This document shows positions 48,140 to 60,749 of a stretch of DNA of 60,962 nt, one piece after another. The stretch covers positions 22,407 through 83,368 of the forward strand of contig CAZNHE010000003.1 in NCBI GenBank assembly GCA_964572735.1, read 5' to 3'. Within the stretch, counting starts at the first letter, position 1; each line of letters starts with the position of its first letter. The DNA comes from an uncultured Chitinophagales bacterium. GTDB taxonomy: Bacteria > Bacteroidota > Rhodothermia > Balneolales > DATFMH01. The translations under genes were made by a program, and so were the position numbers. The notes under the pieces are model-generated. The model worked only from the letters and a program-made list of their open reading frames with translations. It was not told where the DNA came from and ran no database searches.

Positions 48140-50578
48140 ATGACAAACCGGATTGTAATAAAACGCGACGGAAAGGAAGAGGCGTTTGAAACGCGCAAGA
48201 TCGTAAACGCGATTTATGCTCTTTTGGAAGGGATTTCGATTCAGGATGATTATGAGATCGTCTACAAAATCATCAAAGAACTTGATCTCAAGGTACCCTC
48301 CAGGGTGAGTACGGAAGAGCTGGATACCCTGCTGCTTAAAGCCATAGAGGCTCTCGTTTCCCATAACCCGTTATTCGACCGGATGGCTGCCCGGCAGTTG
48401 CGCAAAATCCTCGGCCGCGGAATTGACCAGCGGTTTTCCGGTTTCGCAGAGATGATCCGCTATGGCGTTCAGGAAGATATATACCAGCGGGCATTACTTG
48501 ATTTCGATCTTGAAGCGCTTGAAAAGGAAATAGATCCATCCCGTAACGATCTCCTTGAGTACGCCGGACTTCTTACACTCAGCGACCGGTATCTCACGCG
48601 CGACCGTAAGCGTTCCGTCATGGAAAAACCACAATGGTTCTTCATGCGGGTGGCCATGGGGATAGGTTCTCCCGGGGCCGGCCAGGAAGAAGTGATCCGT
48701 ATCTATAATAAACTTTCGCACCTCGAATACCTTCATTCCACGCCCACATTATACAATTCGGGGCTTCAGGCCAGTCAGTACAGCAGTTGTTATGTCAATG
48801 TCGTAGACGACTCGCTTGACTCTATCATGGAGAAACTGAAAGAGACGGCCTTCCTGGCAAAATACGCCGGAGGGGTCGGAACCGATGTCACCCGGATCCG
48901 GGCCACCGGCTCGCCCATTCGCTCGCTTAATGCACATTCATCAGGGATCATCCCATTTGTCAAAATATTCGATACAACGGTGAATGCCATCCAGCAGGGA
49001 GGGCGCCGTCGAAGCTCGCAGGTCATCTATCTGCAACCCTGGCATCTCGATGTAGAAGCCTTCCTGGATTTGCGTGATACCAACGGGAATGCCTATTTCA
49101 GAACGCCATCGCTGAATACCGCTTTCTGGATGCCGGACGAAATGATGAGGAGAATCAATGAAAATGAGGATTTATACCTGTTCGATCCCGGTGAATGTCC
49201 CGGGCTGATCGAACAGACCGGCGCCCGGTTTGCCGAATTGTACAGGGAGTGTATCCGGAAAGCTGAAGAAGGAACGATATCCCGCTGGAAGAAGGTCCCG
49301 GCAAGAGATTTTTTCAGAAAATACCTGTTTAAGCTGGCCAAAACGGGTCACCCGTGGCTTACTTTCAAGGATGCCCATAACCGTACAAATCCATGCCCGG
49401 CGTATAGTATGATTCACAGCTCGAATTTGTGCACCGAGATCTCGATTCCCAACCACCCGGGTTCGACGGCCGTCTGTACACTGGCTTCGGTGAATTTGTC
49501 GCGCCACCTTAACCGGGACCAAACCGATTTCGATTGGGAACGGCTGGAGGAAACGCTGGTCGTTTGCGTGGACGCGCTGGATAGCATCCTCGACAGAAAT
49601 TTTTATCCCTCTGAAGCCTCACGGCGAAATACGCTTGATCTACGCCCTATTGGCATTGGAGTGATGGGCTTCGCAGAAGCGCTGACGAAGATGAGAATCG
49701 CCTATGACTCGGACAAAGCCATTGAACTGGCCGGGAAAATCGGGGCTTTTATGCGCCGGATTACCTACGCCCGCTCAGAGTCGCTGGCCGATGAAAAGGG
49801 ACCGTTTCCCCATTATGAAGAGCAGGCCCGGAAAAAGCAGCCATACCCTTATCCCCCACGCCGGAATGCCGTTTTGCTGGCCATTGCCCCGACGGCATCC
49901 ATCTCCATTATTGCGGGAACCACTTCGGGAATCGACAGCCTGTTCAGCAACCTCTATTCCCGCGACACCCTCTCAGGCAAGCATCTTATCGTAAACAGGA
50001 ACCTTGTCGACTGCCTGGAAGAAAACGGCTTATGGAATGAGCGGATGGCCGGTCTCATCAAGCAGCATAACGGCTCTGTGCAGCACATCCGGGAACTGGA
50101 CGATGTTTTGGACAAGACGCTGTTTAAAACGGCTTATGAGATCAATCCCCGGCGGCAGGTTGATATAGCTGCTGCTTTTCAGCAATCGGTGGATCAGGCG
50201 GTTTCCAGGTCGCTCTATCTTACGGAAGAGCAGAGGGAAAAGATGGAGGAAATCTATCTCTACGCCTGGAAGAGCGGACTAAAATCGACTTATTATTGCT
50301 TCATCGATAAGAAAATCCGCGGGGAAAAGTATACCGAAACCGTGAATAAGCGCGGAACCCGTAAAGGCTTTGGCGGAACGAAAGCAACCGGTGGGCATCC
50401 CGATGCTGCAAAAGAACCGGCTGTGGAGATGGAAGAATCTGAGTCTTCCATAGAGCAGCCTGAGGTGCGAGCACGCGAAAAATTTGGCGACGAAATAGTG
50501 GATCAGGTAATGGAAGGCAATGCAGAAAGTTGTCCCACGGACCCGCTCCTCAGGCTGGTGTGCCCCAGTTGCGATTAG
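48140..50578 (+). CDS. nrdA: Ribonucleotide reductase class I alpha subunit with ATP cone
   Basis: VIKRDG; STPTL; SSCY; SNLCTE; VCTLAS; APTAS; LKSTYY; C-terminal CPSC. Confidence 0.95.
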   Translation: MTNRIVIKRDGKEEAFETRKIVNAIYALLEGISIQDDYEIVYKIIKELDLKVPSRVSTEELDTLLLKAIEALVSHNPLFDRMAARQLRKILGRGIDQRFSGFAEMIRYGVQEDIYQRALLDFDLEALEKEIDPSRNDLLEYAGLLTLSDRYLTRDRKRSVMEKPQWFFMRVAMGIGSPGAGQEEVIRIYNKLSHLEYLHSTPTLYNSGLQASQYSSCYVNVVDDSLDSIMEKLKETAFLAKYAGGVGTDVTRIRATGSPIRSLNAHSSGIIPFVKIFDTTVNAIQQGGRRRSSQVIYLQPWHLDVEAFLDLRDTNGNAYFRTPSLNTAFWMPDEMMRRINENEDLYLFDPGECPGLIEQTGARFAELYRECIRKAEEGTISRWKKVPARDFFRKYLFKLAKTGHPWLTFKDAHNRTNPCPAYSMIHSSNLCTEISIPNHPGSTAVCTLASVNLSRHLNRDQTDFDWERLEETLVVCVDALDSILDRNFYPSEASRRNTLDLRPIGIGVMGFAEALTKMRIAYDSDKAIELAGKIGAFMRRITYARSESLADEKGPFPHYEEQARKKQPYPYPPRRNAVLLAIAPTASISIIAGTTSGIDSLFSNLYSRDTLSGKHLIVNRNLVDCLEENGLWNERMAGLIKQHNGSVQHIRELDDVLDKTLFKTAYEINPRRQVDIAAAFQQSVDQAVSRSLYLTEEQREKMEEIYLYAWKSGLKSTYYCFIDKKIRGEKYTETVNKRGTRKGFGGTKATGGHPDAAKEPAVEMEESESSIEQPEVRAREKFGDEIVDQVMEGNAESCPTDPLLRLVCPSCD

Positions 50579-50671
50579 GGTTAGGCCTCAAGTCCCGCCT
50601 GTAGTTGTTTGCCGGTTCCGGATTTTACCCTTTCAGGGCTGTTTTGTGAAAATCCGTAACGCTTCCTGCGA

Positions 50672-50770
50672 CCCCGATACATCGGGGCCACAATGTTCAC
50701 AATGAATCTTACAACGGTCACTATGTTTTTGTCTTTCTATACCTTTGTGGAATCTTTGTGAACATCGTGG
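50672..50770. repeat. CCCCGAT-AC-ATCGGGG mini-palindrome abutting a CACAATG/CACAAAG-unit palindromic element (copy 2)
   Basis: Palindrome at 50672-50687; arms 50688-50725 and 50738-50770 are complementary; same unit structure as 12032-12114. Confidence 0.75.
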
Positions 50771-50848
50771 TTTCTTCTCCTAAAATAACTCCACACGACC
50801 TGATATATCGGTGCTATAAATCCCGCCGGGGATGAAATCTTTGCAGCA

Positions 50849-51916
50849 TCAATAATGGAGCGACTCTTCGCTCATCTTGCCCCGGAAAATCTTGTGGATG
50901 TACCCGAAGTAGAAGATGGTCAGGATAAGTGCAATGCTCCACCAGATGATCCCGGCTACCAGGCCATAATGTCCCGCAGCGGTATCGTAAATAGTCAGCG
51001 AAGGGTTTACGTCGTTGGTAGATGGTAATACAAGAGGATACATACCGATCACCGTCGAAGCGAGCGTGAAAAAGATAAAGATAGACGAATAAAAAAACGG
51101 ACGCTCGTCGGGCCCTTTGCGGAAGGCGCCGGGCAGCAGGGACCCGGCAAGGATTCCGATGGCCGGGAAAATGTACCAAAAGGGATGGTTGAAGTAATTA
51201 GCGTAAAAATCGCGGCGGACGAAAAACATCATCCATGCTGAAATAATCACCAGAACCGGAATCAGCCACGACCATTTTGCCCCAAACCTGCGCAGCCGGT
51301 CGTTCAGCGGGCTGTCCGTCTTTTTGATGATCCAGGCGGCTCCGTGAAAAAACAGGGTTACCACGGCAATCACACCCATTGTTGAGGTAAACCAGTCCAG
51401 TACCCCCACGTTTCCAAAAGGTGCGAAGGTATTCCACAGCGGAGTAAAGAAATATTGCGGATCATATTCCGCCGTCCCATTGACAATTCCGCCCAGATTC
51501 ACTCCGCGGACAATATTTCCCAGGGCGGCTCCAAGAAACAGGGCGATCAGTACACCTGTAATCCCGAACCAGAAATCCAGGAACCTCTTCCAGATGACAT
51601 GTTCCACATGATTGCGTAACTCAAGGCTGATGCCCCTCAATATAAGCAGCCAGAGCAGGATGATCAGCGGGAAATAAAAGCCGCTGAACGAACTCGAATA
51701 AGCCAGCGGAAAGGCGAAAAACAGGGTCCCGCCACCTGCGATGAGAAATACTTCGTTTCCGTCCCAAAAAGGACCAATGCTGATTTTGACCAATTGTCGT
51801 TCATGTTCGTCTTTTGCAAAAAACCAGTACACCATGCCGGCTCCGAAGTCGTAGCCATCGAGTACGATATACATGATGAACATGAATGAAACGAGTATGA
51901 ACCAGAGTGTTTCCAT
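50849..51916 (-). CDS. cydB: Cytochrome bd oxidase subunit II
   Basis: LDGYDFGAG, IGPFWDGNEVF and GAALGNIVRG motifs. Confidence 0.95.
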   Translation of the reverse strand: METLWFILVSFMFIMYIVLDGYDFGAGMVYWFFAKDEHERQLVKISIGPFWDGNEVFLIAGGGTLFFAFPLAYSSSFSGFYFPLIILLWLLILRGISLELRNHVEHVIWKRFLDFWFGITGVLIALFLGAALGNIVRGVNLGGIVNGTAEYDPQYFFTPLWNTFAPFGNVGVLDWFTSTMGVIAVVTLFFHGAAWIIKKTDSPLNDRLRRFGAKWSWLIPVLVIISAWMMFFVRRDFYANYFNHPFWYIFPAIGILAGSLLPGAFRKGPDERPFFYSSIFIFFTLASTVIGMYPLVLPSTNDVNPSLTIYDTAAGHYGLVAGIIWWSIALILTIFYFGYIHKIFRGKMSEESLHY

Positions 51917-51927
51917 ATCGCCGGGGA

Positions 51928-53253
51928 TCAGGAAGTTGAGGGGTCAGGACCTTTGCGGATAATTGAGCCGATGAGCACGAGGAAGAGGACTCCGAGCAGG
52001 AAATACAGCCCTGTGAATCCGAGCAGGGTAAAGAGTGTACTGCCCGCCGATACTGTCGGGGAAGATCCGTCTGCGGTTCGCAGCAGCCCGTAAACCAGCC
52101 AGGGCTGGCGCCCGGTCTCTGCCGTCGCCCATCCGGCGGTATTGGCCAGAAAAGGAAACGGTACGGCGACAATCAGCAGCCACATCATCGTGCGGTTTCG
52201 AAAAAGCGATCCCCGCCAGAGCAGGAAGGCGCTTATCAGGAGGATGACCACGAAAATGGTCCCCAGCCCAACCATAATGTGATACGAATAATAAACCAGG
52301 GGGACATTGGTGGGCAGCTGATCCGGATCGAAATCGTTCATGCCCTTCACCGCTTTGTCGAAATGATGATAGGTCAGCAGGCTCAGAATACCCGGCATGT
52401 ACAGAGGATTGTCGATCCGCTTCTTCTCCATGTTCAACTGGCCCATGAAGATAATAGGCGTTTGCGGGTGGGTTTCAAAGATTCCCTCCATGGCAGCCAT
52501 AGTAGCCGGCTGATACCTGTCGACATTCTTTGCCTGCTGATCGCCCGTAGGGAAGATCATTAACAAACTGGCGATAACCCCGACAACAACTCCGAAACGT
52601 ATGAATTGTTTACCCCATTCAACATGCCGTTCACTGAGAATATAAAAGGCACCGATCCCGGCCATCACAAACGATCCTGTTACCACTGCTCCGAGCATTG
52701 TGTGGGCGTATTGCCAGGACGTCCATGGATTGGTGAGTAGGGCCCAGAAGTCGTTCAGCACGTAACGCCCGTTGGCAAGTGTCTCATAACCGACGGGATG
52801 CTGCATCCAGCCGTTGGTCGAAACTATGAAATAACCGCTTATCCATGAACCTGCAAACACGAGTACGGCGCTAAGCCAGTGAAGCGTAGGCCCGATTCTC
52901 TTTTCTGCAAACAGAAACAACCCGAGAAAACTCGACTCCAGGAAAAAGGCAAACATTCCCTCCATCGCCAGCGTCTGGCCGATTACTCCGCCGCTGAGTT
53001 CCGAAAACCGGGCCCAGTTAGTTCCGAATTGAAATTCCATCGGAATCCCGGTGACGACACCCACAACAAAATTGACCGCAAAAATCCTGGCCCAGAATTG
53101 TGCTGCTTTGTTGAATTTTTCTTCACCCTTCCATATCGACAACGTTTTCAGGATGACGATGAACAGGGCCAGCCCCATTGTCAATTGGGGAAACAGGTAA
53201 TGAAAACTGATGGTAAAGGCGAACTGCAGACGATCATATAGAACATGAGCCAT
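51928..53253 (-). CDS. cydA: Cytochrome bd oxidase subunit I (short Q-loop)
   Basis: RLQFAFTISFHYLF, GIPMEFQFGTNW, NGWMQHP and ETGRQPW motifs. Confidence 0.96.
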   Translation of the reverse strand: MAHVLYDRLQFAFTISFHYLFPQLTMGLALFIVILKTLSIWKGEEKFNKAAQFWARIFAVNFVVGVVTGIPMEFQFGTNWARFSELSGGVIGQTLAMEGMFAFFLESSFLGLFLFAEKRIGPTLHWLSAVLVFAGSWISGYFIVSTNGWMQHPVGYETLANGRYVLNDFWALLTNPWTSWQYAHTMLGAVVTGSFVMAGIGAFYILSERHVEWGKQFIRFGVVVGVIASLLMIFPTGDQQAKNVDRYQPATMAAMEGIFETHPQTPIIFMGQLNMEKKRIDNPLYMPGILSLLTYHHFDKAVKGMNDFDPDQLPTNVPLVYYSYHIMVGLGTIFVVILLISAFLLWRGSLFRNRTMMWLLIVAVPFPFLANTAGWATAETGRQPWLVYGLLRTADGSSPTVSAGSTLFTLLGFTGLYFLLGVLFLVLIGSIIRKGPDPSTS

Positions 53254-53464
53254 AGTTATCACCAATTAACGGGTAAAGCAGATAAGAAACTCTTTAACTT
53301 CGGGGATGGCAAAAGGATACAAAAATGCGAATGAAAAGTAAATGGTTCCGGCCCGGGTTGCCGGCCCCGATTCGTTACGTTTCATGCATGCAAAACCGGG
53401 TAGTCCATTTATGGTTTTCGTATCTTACATGCTATTTTGATTGTTTACCGAACCAGTCCAAGAT

Positions 53465-56275
<2,811 letters not shown>

Positions 56276-56317
56276 TTTAACGTGGGTTTGAACGATCTGC
56301 ATTCACGTTACTATATA

Positions 56318-56393
56318 TTCGTGCTCACTCCGATCCATCGGAGGGTGCTCGTGTTTCGTAATCGGCAATTCGACTATCGAGTACGAATACGAG
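56318..56393. repeat. Degenerate CTCGTG/CGAGTA-unit inverted repeat containing a nested CCGAT-N2-ATCGG palindrome
   Basis: GTGCTC-a-CTCCGATCCATCGGAG-g-GTGCTC followed by gtgtttcgtaatcg..cgactatcgagtacgaatacgag. Confidence 0.6.
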
Positions 56394-56544
56394 TCGATGT
56401 TTTATCGTAAGTTGAGAAATTTAATACCCTTGCGTATTCATAACAAAATAAGCCTCCGGGGTGGACTCATACGTCCCATGAATCCTGGCAGGGATGAAAT
56501 GATGATATTTCTCTTATTTCAAATTCACGTTAATTCATAGATCC

Positions 56545-57438
56545 ATGCCTGATTCACAGATACATTGTCCGCTTTGCAGCTCAGCGGAAGTATCGTTTCA
56601 TCTGCGGTGCAGGGATCATTTGGTAAGTAACGAAGCGTTCGATCTGTTCCGCTGTTCTTCCTGCGAACTCGTTTTCACGCAGGCGCCGCCGGGTCCGGCG
56701 GAAATCGGGCGGTATTATCAGTCGCCGGATTATATCTCCCATTCCGATACCAAACATGGTCTTACGGCGCGACTTTATCATCTGGCACGGCGGCTCATGC
56801 TTTCCGCAAAAAGAAAGAGTATTCAAAAAAATACCGGAAGAAACAAAGGGAGATTACTGGATTTCGGGAGTGGCACCGGCTATTTCATCCGCCATATGGC
56901 CGATCATGGCTGGGAGGCTCAGGGTATCGAAATCGATCAGGGAGCGCGGGAATATGCAAAGAGATGGACGGGTCTACCTGTTGATGTACCCGAAAAGCTG
57001 GCTTCTTTCCTGGAAAATCAGTTTGATGTGATTACACTCTGGCATGTGTTTGAACACCTTCATGATTTCAAGGAAATGCTGGCCCGGTTTCATCGCATCC
57101 TGAAGGCTGATGGAAAACTGATTTTGGCGTTGCCCAATTATACCTCGTTCGATGCGCAGCATTACCGGGAATTTTGGGCAGCTTATGATGTACCCCGGCA
57201 TCTCTGGCATTTTTCGCCTGTAGCGCTGGCACGATGCCTGGATGCAGCGCATTTTCAGCTCAAAGCGATGGCTCCTCTGCCTTTTGATGCGTTTTACGTA
57301 AGCATGCTCAGCGAGAAATACCAGGATCATCGGCTTTTTCCCCTGCGCGGCCTGTTAAACGGAACAGCCTCCTGGTTTATCACTCAGAAAGAACCCGAAC
57401 GAGGCAGTTCACTGGTTTATGTTGCCGGGAAAAGCTGA
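56545..57438 (+). CDS. Class I SAM-dependent methyltransferase with N-terminal Zn ribbon
   Basis: CPLC and CSSC; LLDFGSGTG; ITLWHVFEH; DVPRHLWHF. Confidence 0.88.
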   Translation: MPDSQIHCPLCSSAEVSFHLRCRDHLVSNEAFDLFRCSSCELVFTQAPPGPAEIGRYYQSPDYISHSDTKHGLTARLYHLARRLMLSAKRKSIQKNTGRNKGRLLDFGSGTGYFIRHMADHGWEAQGIEIDQGAREYAKRWTGLPVDVPEKLASFLENQFDVITLWHVFEHLHDFKEMLARFHRILKADGKLILALPNYTSFDAQHYREFWAAYDVPRHLWHFSPVALARCLDAAHFQLKAMAPLPFDAFYVSMLSEKYQDHRLFPLRGLLNGTASWFITQKEPERGSSLVYVAGKS

Positions 57439-57605
57439 ACCAGGATTATCACAGATCTCCAGGACGCTTTCGGAAAAATCCCGGAAGTCCTATCTTAGTC
57501 CTCCCAATCCTGGTACCAAAGTGGTTTAAATCAGCCATTCAGAAATGACAAAAGGAAGGGTACATCATTCGTCCCTTGAGAAGAATCACCTCAAATATCA
57601 TCTAC

Positions 57606-59951
57606 ATGAAGAAATATTTCGTTGGTACAATTGCTGCGTTCCTTTTGTCATTACCCCTGATGGTGCATGCCCAGACTTCTATCAGTGGAACCGTGGTCGA
57701 CCGGCAAACGCAAAGGCCGGTTGCGGGAGCATCCGTTGCCATTCCGGGTACTCAGATAAATACTGCAACCGGTGGAAACGGGGAGTTCACGCTTACATCA
57801 GATCATCCGGTCAATCGGATAATCGTTACGTGCATCGGGTATAACCCGGAGAACGTTCAGGTGAGCAATTCCGGCAAACCGTTGTTCATTCAGCTGACTC
57901 CTTCCCAGACCCGGCTTCCGGGCATAGAAGTGGTTGGAAGCAGTCTGCTTTTACGGGCCCGGTCGGTTGGAGTGCTGACGCAGCACGATCTCACCCGTTT
58001 CAGCGGATTGAAGCTGGGAAATGCGATTAATACGATACCGGGCGTGTTCATGCAGTCGCGTACTCCCTGGGGAGGCGCGCGGGTGACCATACGCGGCTAT
58101 TATCCCAATGCAGGGAAGAATGTGAACTTTAACGGACTCGGTTATCAGGTTTTTCTTAATAATATCCCGATAACAGATGCATCGGGACTGACTGTCATGG
58201 ACGGCATCGATTTTACTTCACTTGGGAAGGTGGAGGTCATTAAAGGCCCTGAATCCAGCCGGTACGGAAATTCGATAGGAGGTACTTTGCTGCTTTATAC
58301 CGCCCGTCCCACCCCGAATCAAACGAGTCTTGAACAACAGGTGATAAGCGGCAGTTATGGACTTTTTCGCAGTAATACGACTTTTCAAAGTGCCGGGGAA
58401 CATTCGAATATTGTTGTTAATTACGGACACCAGTCGTTCGATTCTTTCCGGCCCCACAGCGCTTCGAAGAAAGATTATATCCGGATAAACGGAGATTTTG
58501 AGGTGGCAGACCGGCAAACGATCTCAACATATTTCGCCTACGGTTATTCATATGAAGAACTCGCCGGCGAAATTGACGGCGGCGATTTTTATAATCGCAG
58601 GCCGGTCAGCAACGCCCGATACCTCGCCAACAATTCTCACACCAAAATTAAAAATTTTGTGGTGGGTGTCACGGATGATTATCGCATTAGCAGACATTTC
58701 GGAAACCGGACCACCGTCTTCGGCACCGGCCATACAGCCAATCAGCCTTTTGCCCATGGTTTTACCGATGCCAACCAATTCAATTTCGGTGCGCGATCCG
58801 CTTTTGATCTCACAACGCACCTTGATAATGTGGGCATTAATGGAACGCTCGGCGGCATGTTCCAGCGTTCGGACGTCGCCAGCAATGGTGTGTTTATTGT
58901 GCCGGCACCGCCCTTCCCGCAAATACCTAATGATCAGGAAAACTATGCCATGAATTATTACTTCTTCACGGAATGGGGCTTTTCGCTTCCGGATCAGTTT
59001 ACGGTGACGGTCGGGGCCAGCCTGAACAAGAATAACTTCGGCATTAAAAATATGCTCCGGAATAATCAGGTGAGTAACGACACGCGGCTGATGGTGAAAT
59101 CCTTTAAGCCGGTTTTCGCCCCACACGTTTCGGTTTCAAAGGTATTTAACGAAAAAATGTCGGTGTATGCCAGTATCAGTTCCGGATATACACCGCCGTT
59201 ACTGGGTGACGCCACGGCCAGTGACGGAAGCGTGAACCTTGCCCTCAGGCCGGAGCGTGCGGTCCAATATGAGGTTGGAGCCAGGGGAAACCTTCTCAGG
59301 AAACGACTGACCTACCAACTCTCGCTGTTCGACCTGGAAAATACCCACAAACTGGTCAGTGAGACCTCCAATTCAGTCACATTTACCACAAATGCCGGAA
59401 AGCAGAGAAACAGAGGAGCCGAACTTTCGATAAGCTGGCTCGCAGTAAATAATAACGACTGGATTCTCTCACTGCTTCGCCCGTGGGTTTCCTACTCTTA
59501 CTCCGATTTCAAATACGTTGATTTCAAAAGCGACAATAACAATGATGCAAATACCGTCGATTACTCCGGAAATTCGGTAGCCAGGGTCGCACCCAATGTG
59601 CTGAACGCGGGTGTTGATCTGAAAACCCGGCCGGGTTTCTACCTGAACGGTACCTGGCGGTTTGTGGACAAAGCACCCGTGACGTTCGACAATTCTACCT
59701 GGATGAAACCGTACAACCTTTTGAGTTTGAAAGTGGGGTATATGAGGCGGCTTGGCGATCATTTCAAGCTTGATCTTTTCGCCGGCGGGGATAATTTGCT
59801 GGGAAATACGTATTACTCCTTCCTTTTCGTCGGCCCGGAGATTAACGGCCTGACGCAATCTCAGGATGGAGGAAGCGGCGACGGGTATATCATTCCGGGT
59901 CCGTATAAACCCACCGTCTACGGCAGCTTCACTCTTTCCTATATTTTTTGA
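57606..59951 (+). CDS. TonB-dependent receptor
   Basis: Signal peptide ending VHA-Q; CarboxypepD-like N-domain; plug motifs IPGV, IRG and VEVIKGPESSRYG; LRPE; C-terminal Phe. Confidence 0.92.
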   Translation: MKKYFVGTIAAFLLSLPLMVHAQTSISGTVVDRQTQRPVAGASVAIPGTQINTATGGNGEFTLTSDHPVNRIIVTCIGYNPENVQVSNSGKPLFIQLTPSQTRLPGIEVVGSSLLLRARSVGVLTQHDLTRFSGLKLGNAINTIPGVFMQSRTPWGGARVTIRGYYPNAGKNVNFNGLGYQVFLNNIPITDASGLTVMDGIDFTSLGKVEVIKGPESSRYGNSIGGTLLLYTARPTPNQTSLEQQVISGSYGLFRSNTTFQSAGEHSNIVVNYGHQSFDSFRPHSASKKDYIRINGDFEVADRQTISTYFAYGYSYEELAGEIDGGDFYNRRPVSNARYLANNSHTKIKNFVVGVTDDYRISRHFGNRTTVFGTGHTANQPFAHGFTDANQFNFGARSAFDLTTHLDNVGINGTLGGMFQRSDVASNGVFIVPAPPFPQIPNDQENYAMNYYFFTEWGFSLPDQFTVTVGASLNKNNFGIKNMLRNNQVSNDTRLMVKSFKPVFAPHVSVSKVFNEKMSVYASISSGYTPPLLGDATASDGSVNLALRPERAVQYEVGARGNLLRKRLTYQLSLFDLENTHKLVSETSNSVTFTTNAGKQRNRGAELSISWLAVNNNDWILSLLRPWVSYSYSDFKYVDFKSDNNNDANTVDYSGNSVARVAPNVLNAGVDLKTRPGFYLNGTWRFVDKAPVTFDNSTWMKPYNLLSLKVGYMRRLGDHFKLDLFAGGDNLLGNTYYSFLFVGPEINGLTQSQDGGSGDGYIIPGPYKPTVYGSFTLSYIF

Positions 59952-60071
59952 GAGAGAATGAATGTCAGGCGGGCAGTTATGCTGAAATGAAGAACAGGAA
60001 CCAACCCTATTTCCATTTAAGATGAAACCGACAGCAGGTTGCTTTCCGTAATTCAGTACAATAAATTATGT

Positions 60072-60090
60072 GTACACGAAGTTCGTGTAC
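60072..60090. promoter_or_regulatory. Probable toxin-antitoxin operator palindrome
   Basis: GTACACGAA-G-TTCGTGTAC, immediately before the antitoxin ATG at 60092. Confidence 0.65.
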
Positions 60091-60091
60091 C

Positions 60092-60309
60092 ATGAAAATA
60101 TTACCTTCAGTGCGGATGAATCGTTAGTTAAAAAAGCACGGCTGAGAGCGGCGAAAGAGCATACTACGCTTAATCAACGTTTTAGAGACTGGCTGGCCCG
60201 TTATGCTACTCAGCCGGAATTTGAGTGTGATTACAAAGAGATCATATCACAATTAAGCTATGCCAAACCGGGCCGTTCGTTTACCCGGGATGAGTTAAAT
60301 GAGCGATAA
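60092..60309 (+). pseudogene. RHH-type antitoxin, apparently missing one A after the ATG
   Basis: ATGAAAATATTACC is one A short of M-K-N-I-T-F-S-A-D; the downstream frame gives NITFSADESLVKKAR..TTLNQRFRDWL..FTRDELNER; span is 3n+2. Confidence 0.65.
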
Positions 60310-60722
60310 GTACTTCCTGGATACCAATATCATCATCTATTCTTTTGATGATGATAATAAAGGAAGACAAATCATAGCCAATAACTTGATTATCCAGGGC
60401 ATTTCCGGGAATAATGCGTTTTATAAGCTATCAGGTTGTACAGGAATTCATCAATGCAGCCACCAGAAAGTTTAAAGTCCCCCTGAGTTATGCGGACTGT
60501 AAGCTTTACGTGGATAAAGTACTTATGTTTTTGTGGGATATTTACCCGGGGATAGAACTCATCCACTCCGCTCTTGATGTTTCAGAACGTTGGAAATATT
60601 CATTTCATGATTCACTGATAATAGCAGCAGCTTTGGAAGCATCTTGTTCCATTCTCTATTCCGAAGATTTACAGCATGAACAAAAGATTTACTCGCTGCA
60701 AATTATCAATCCTTTTCTTTAG
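60299..60722 (+). pseudogene. vapC: PIN-domain (VapC) toxin with a +1 frameshift
   Basis: MSDKYFLDTNIIIY.. then an extra T in TTTT 60419-60422, continuing as ISYQVVQEF..SFHDSLIIAAAL..LYSEDLQH..INPF; span is 3n+1. Confidence 0.8.
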
Positions 60723-60749
60723 TCCGTCGTGAGTAAGATTACTATTTAA

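Noticed and set aside
50798..50813. NrdR-box-like ACCTGATATATCGGTG
   Set aside because: Weak match, single copy, and located downstream of nrdA between convergent genes
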